From positions 62,001 to 126,000 of the forward strand of contig NEEC01000008.1 of the NCBI GenBank assembly GCA_002189035.1: 64,000 bases of DNA, given 5' to 3'. The stretch comes from Utricularia gibba. Its lineage: Eukaryota > Plantae > Magnoliophyta. The notes beneath the pieces were generated by a model. That model made no database searches. It saw nothing but the letters and a program-made list of their open reading frames with translations, and was not told where the DNA came from. The stretch's first letter is position 1; each line of letters opens with the position of its first letter. This document shows, in pieces, positions 63,330 to 64,000 of the stretch. Position numbers and translations under genes: made by a program.

Positions 63330-64000
63330 ATGAATCCTCGGATTAAATATAAGGAGGTTGGTTCAGTTGATAGATACATAGCTTGGCTTGTGGCTCGGGG
63401 ATTTACTCAACAACATGGTATTGACTATGATGAAAGCTTTAGTCCAATTATCAAAATGATGATTGTTAGGATTATTTAGCAAATTGCTTTGAACAATGGT
63501 TGAAATTACATCAATTGTTTAAGACTATCTACATAAAGCAACCTATTGGCTTTGTGTAGGGAGATTCCAAAAAGTTTGTTTGCAAACTATGAAGATCCAT
63601 TTATGGTCTTTAACACACGTCCCTTAGTTGGTTTCAGACATTTCGAATTGCTCTTATCAATCTTGGTTTTATAAAGGTTGAGGCGGACATTTGCTATTTC
63701 TTTATCGAAAAGCTTATCTATTTTGTTATACTATATGTCAATGATATTATCCTTACAGGAAACTCAAATACACTCTTGAGTTGATTAAGAAGTTTTCAAT
63801 AGGCCAAATTTTGGATGACAGACATGGAAAAAATCACTTATTTTTTGGGGCTAGAAATTGATAGGTAAGAGAACACCTTTGCAATTCGACAATCAAAATA
63901 TGGTCTTGGGTTGTTACAAAAGGTGGGGATGAGCAATTGTATGGCGAGTCCTACACCTACAACTATTCTTAGTATGCTTTCCAATGAGTGTTTCTCTAAT
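63330..64000 (+). mobile_element. Degenerate Ty1/copia reverse transcriptase fragment running off the window
   Basis: DRYIAWLVARGFTQQHGIDYDESFSPIIK followed by decayed IYGL and LYVND-like segments. Confidence 0.8.

Overview
Flowering-plant (eudicot-like) nuclear DNA. No prokaryotic features, rRNA, tRNA genes or CRISPR arrays were seen. The window has three zones. (1) 1-21 kb is a transposon block: a complete but dead CRM-type Ty3/gypsy element (2303-8771, TSD CCATC), two solo LTRs with TSDs, and MuDR and hAT remnants. (2) 22-41 kb is a compact gene island: CLE27/43-type peptide, CRF-type AP2/ERF, universal stress protein, NPF3.1-like transporter, small HMA-domain protein, PP2A A subunit, COD1-like PPR and an ASPG1-like aspartic protease with a 1-bp frameshift. 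(3) 41-64 kb holds a NIGT1/HRS1/HHO GARP transcription factor gene broken twice, by a MuDR element in exon 2 and by a very young Ty1/copia in the last exon. After it come hAT and Tourist MITEs, a two-gene PIF/Harbinger element and retroelement debris. The copia is the oddest object. It has a tRNA-Trp primer site and a three-LTR, partly deleted tandem structure inside one TSD pair, and its frameshifts fall at or next to homopolymer runs, so they may be assembly errors. All alignments and counts were done by eye. Arabidopsis orthologue names are recalled, not searched.
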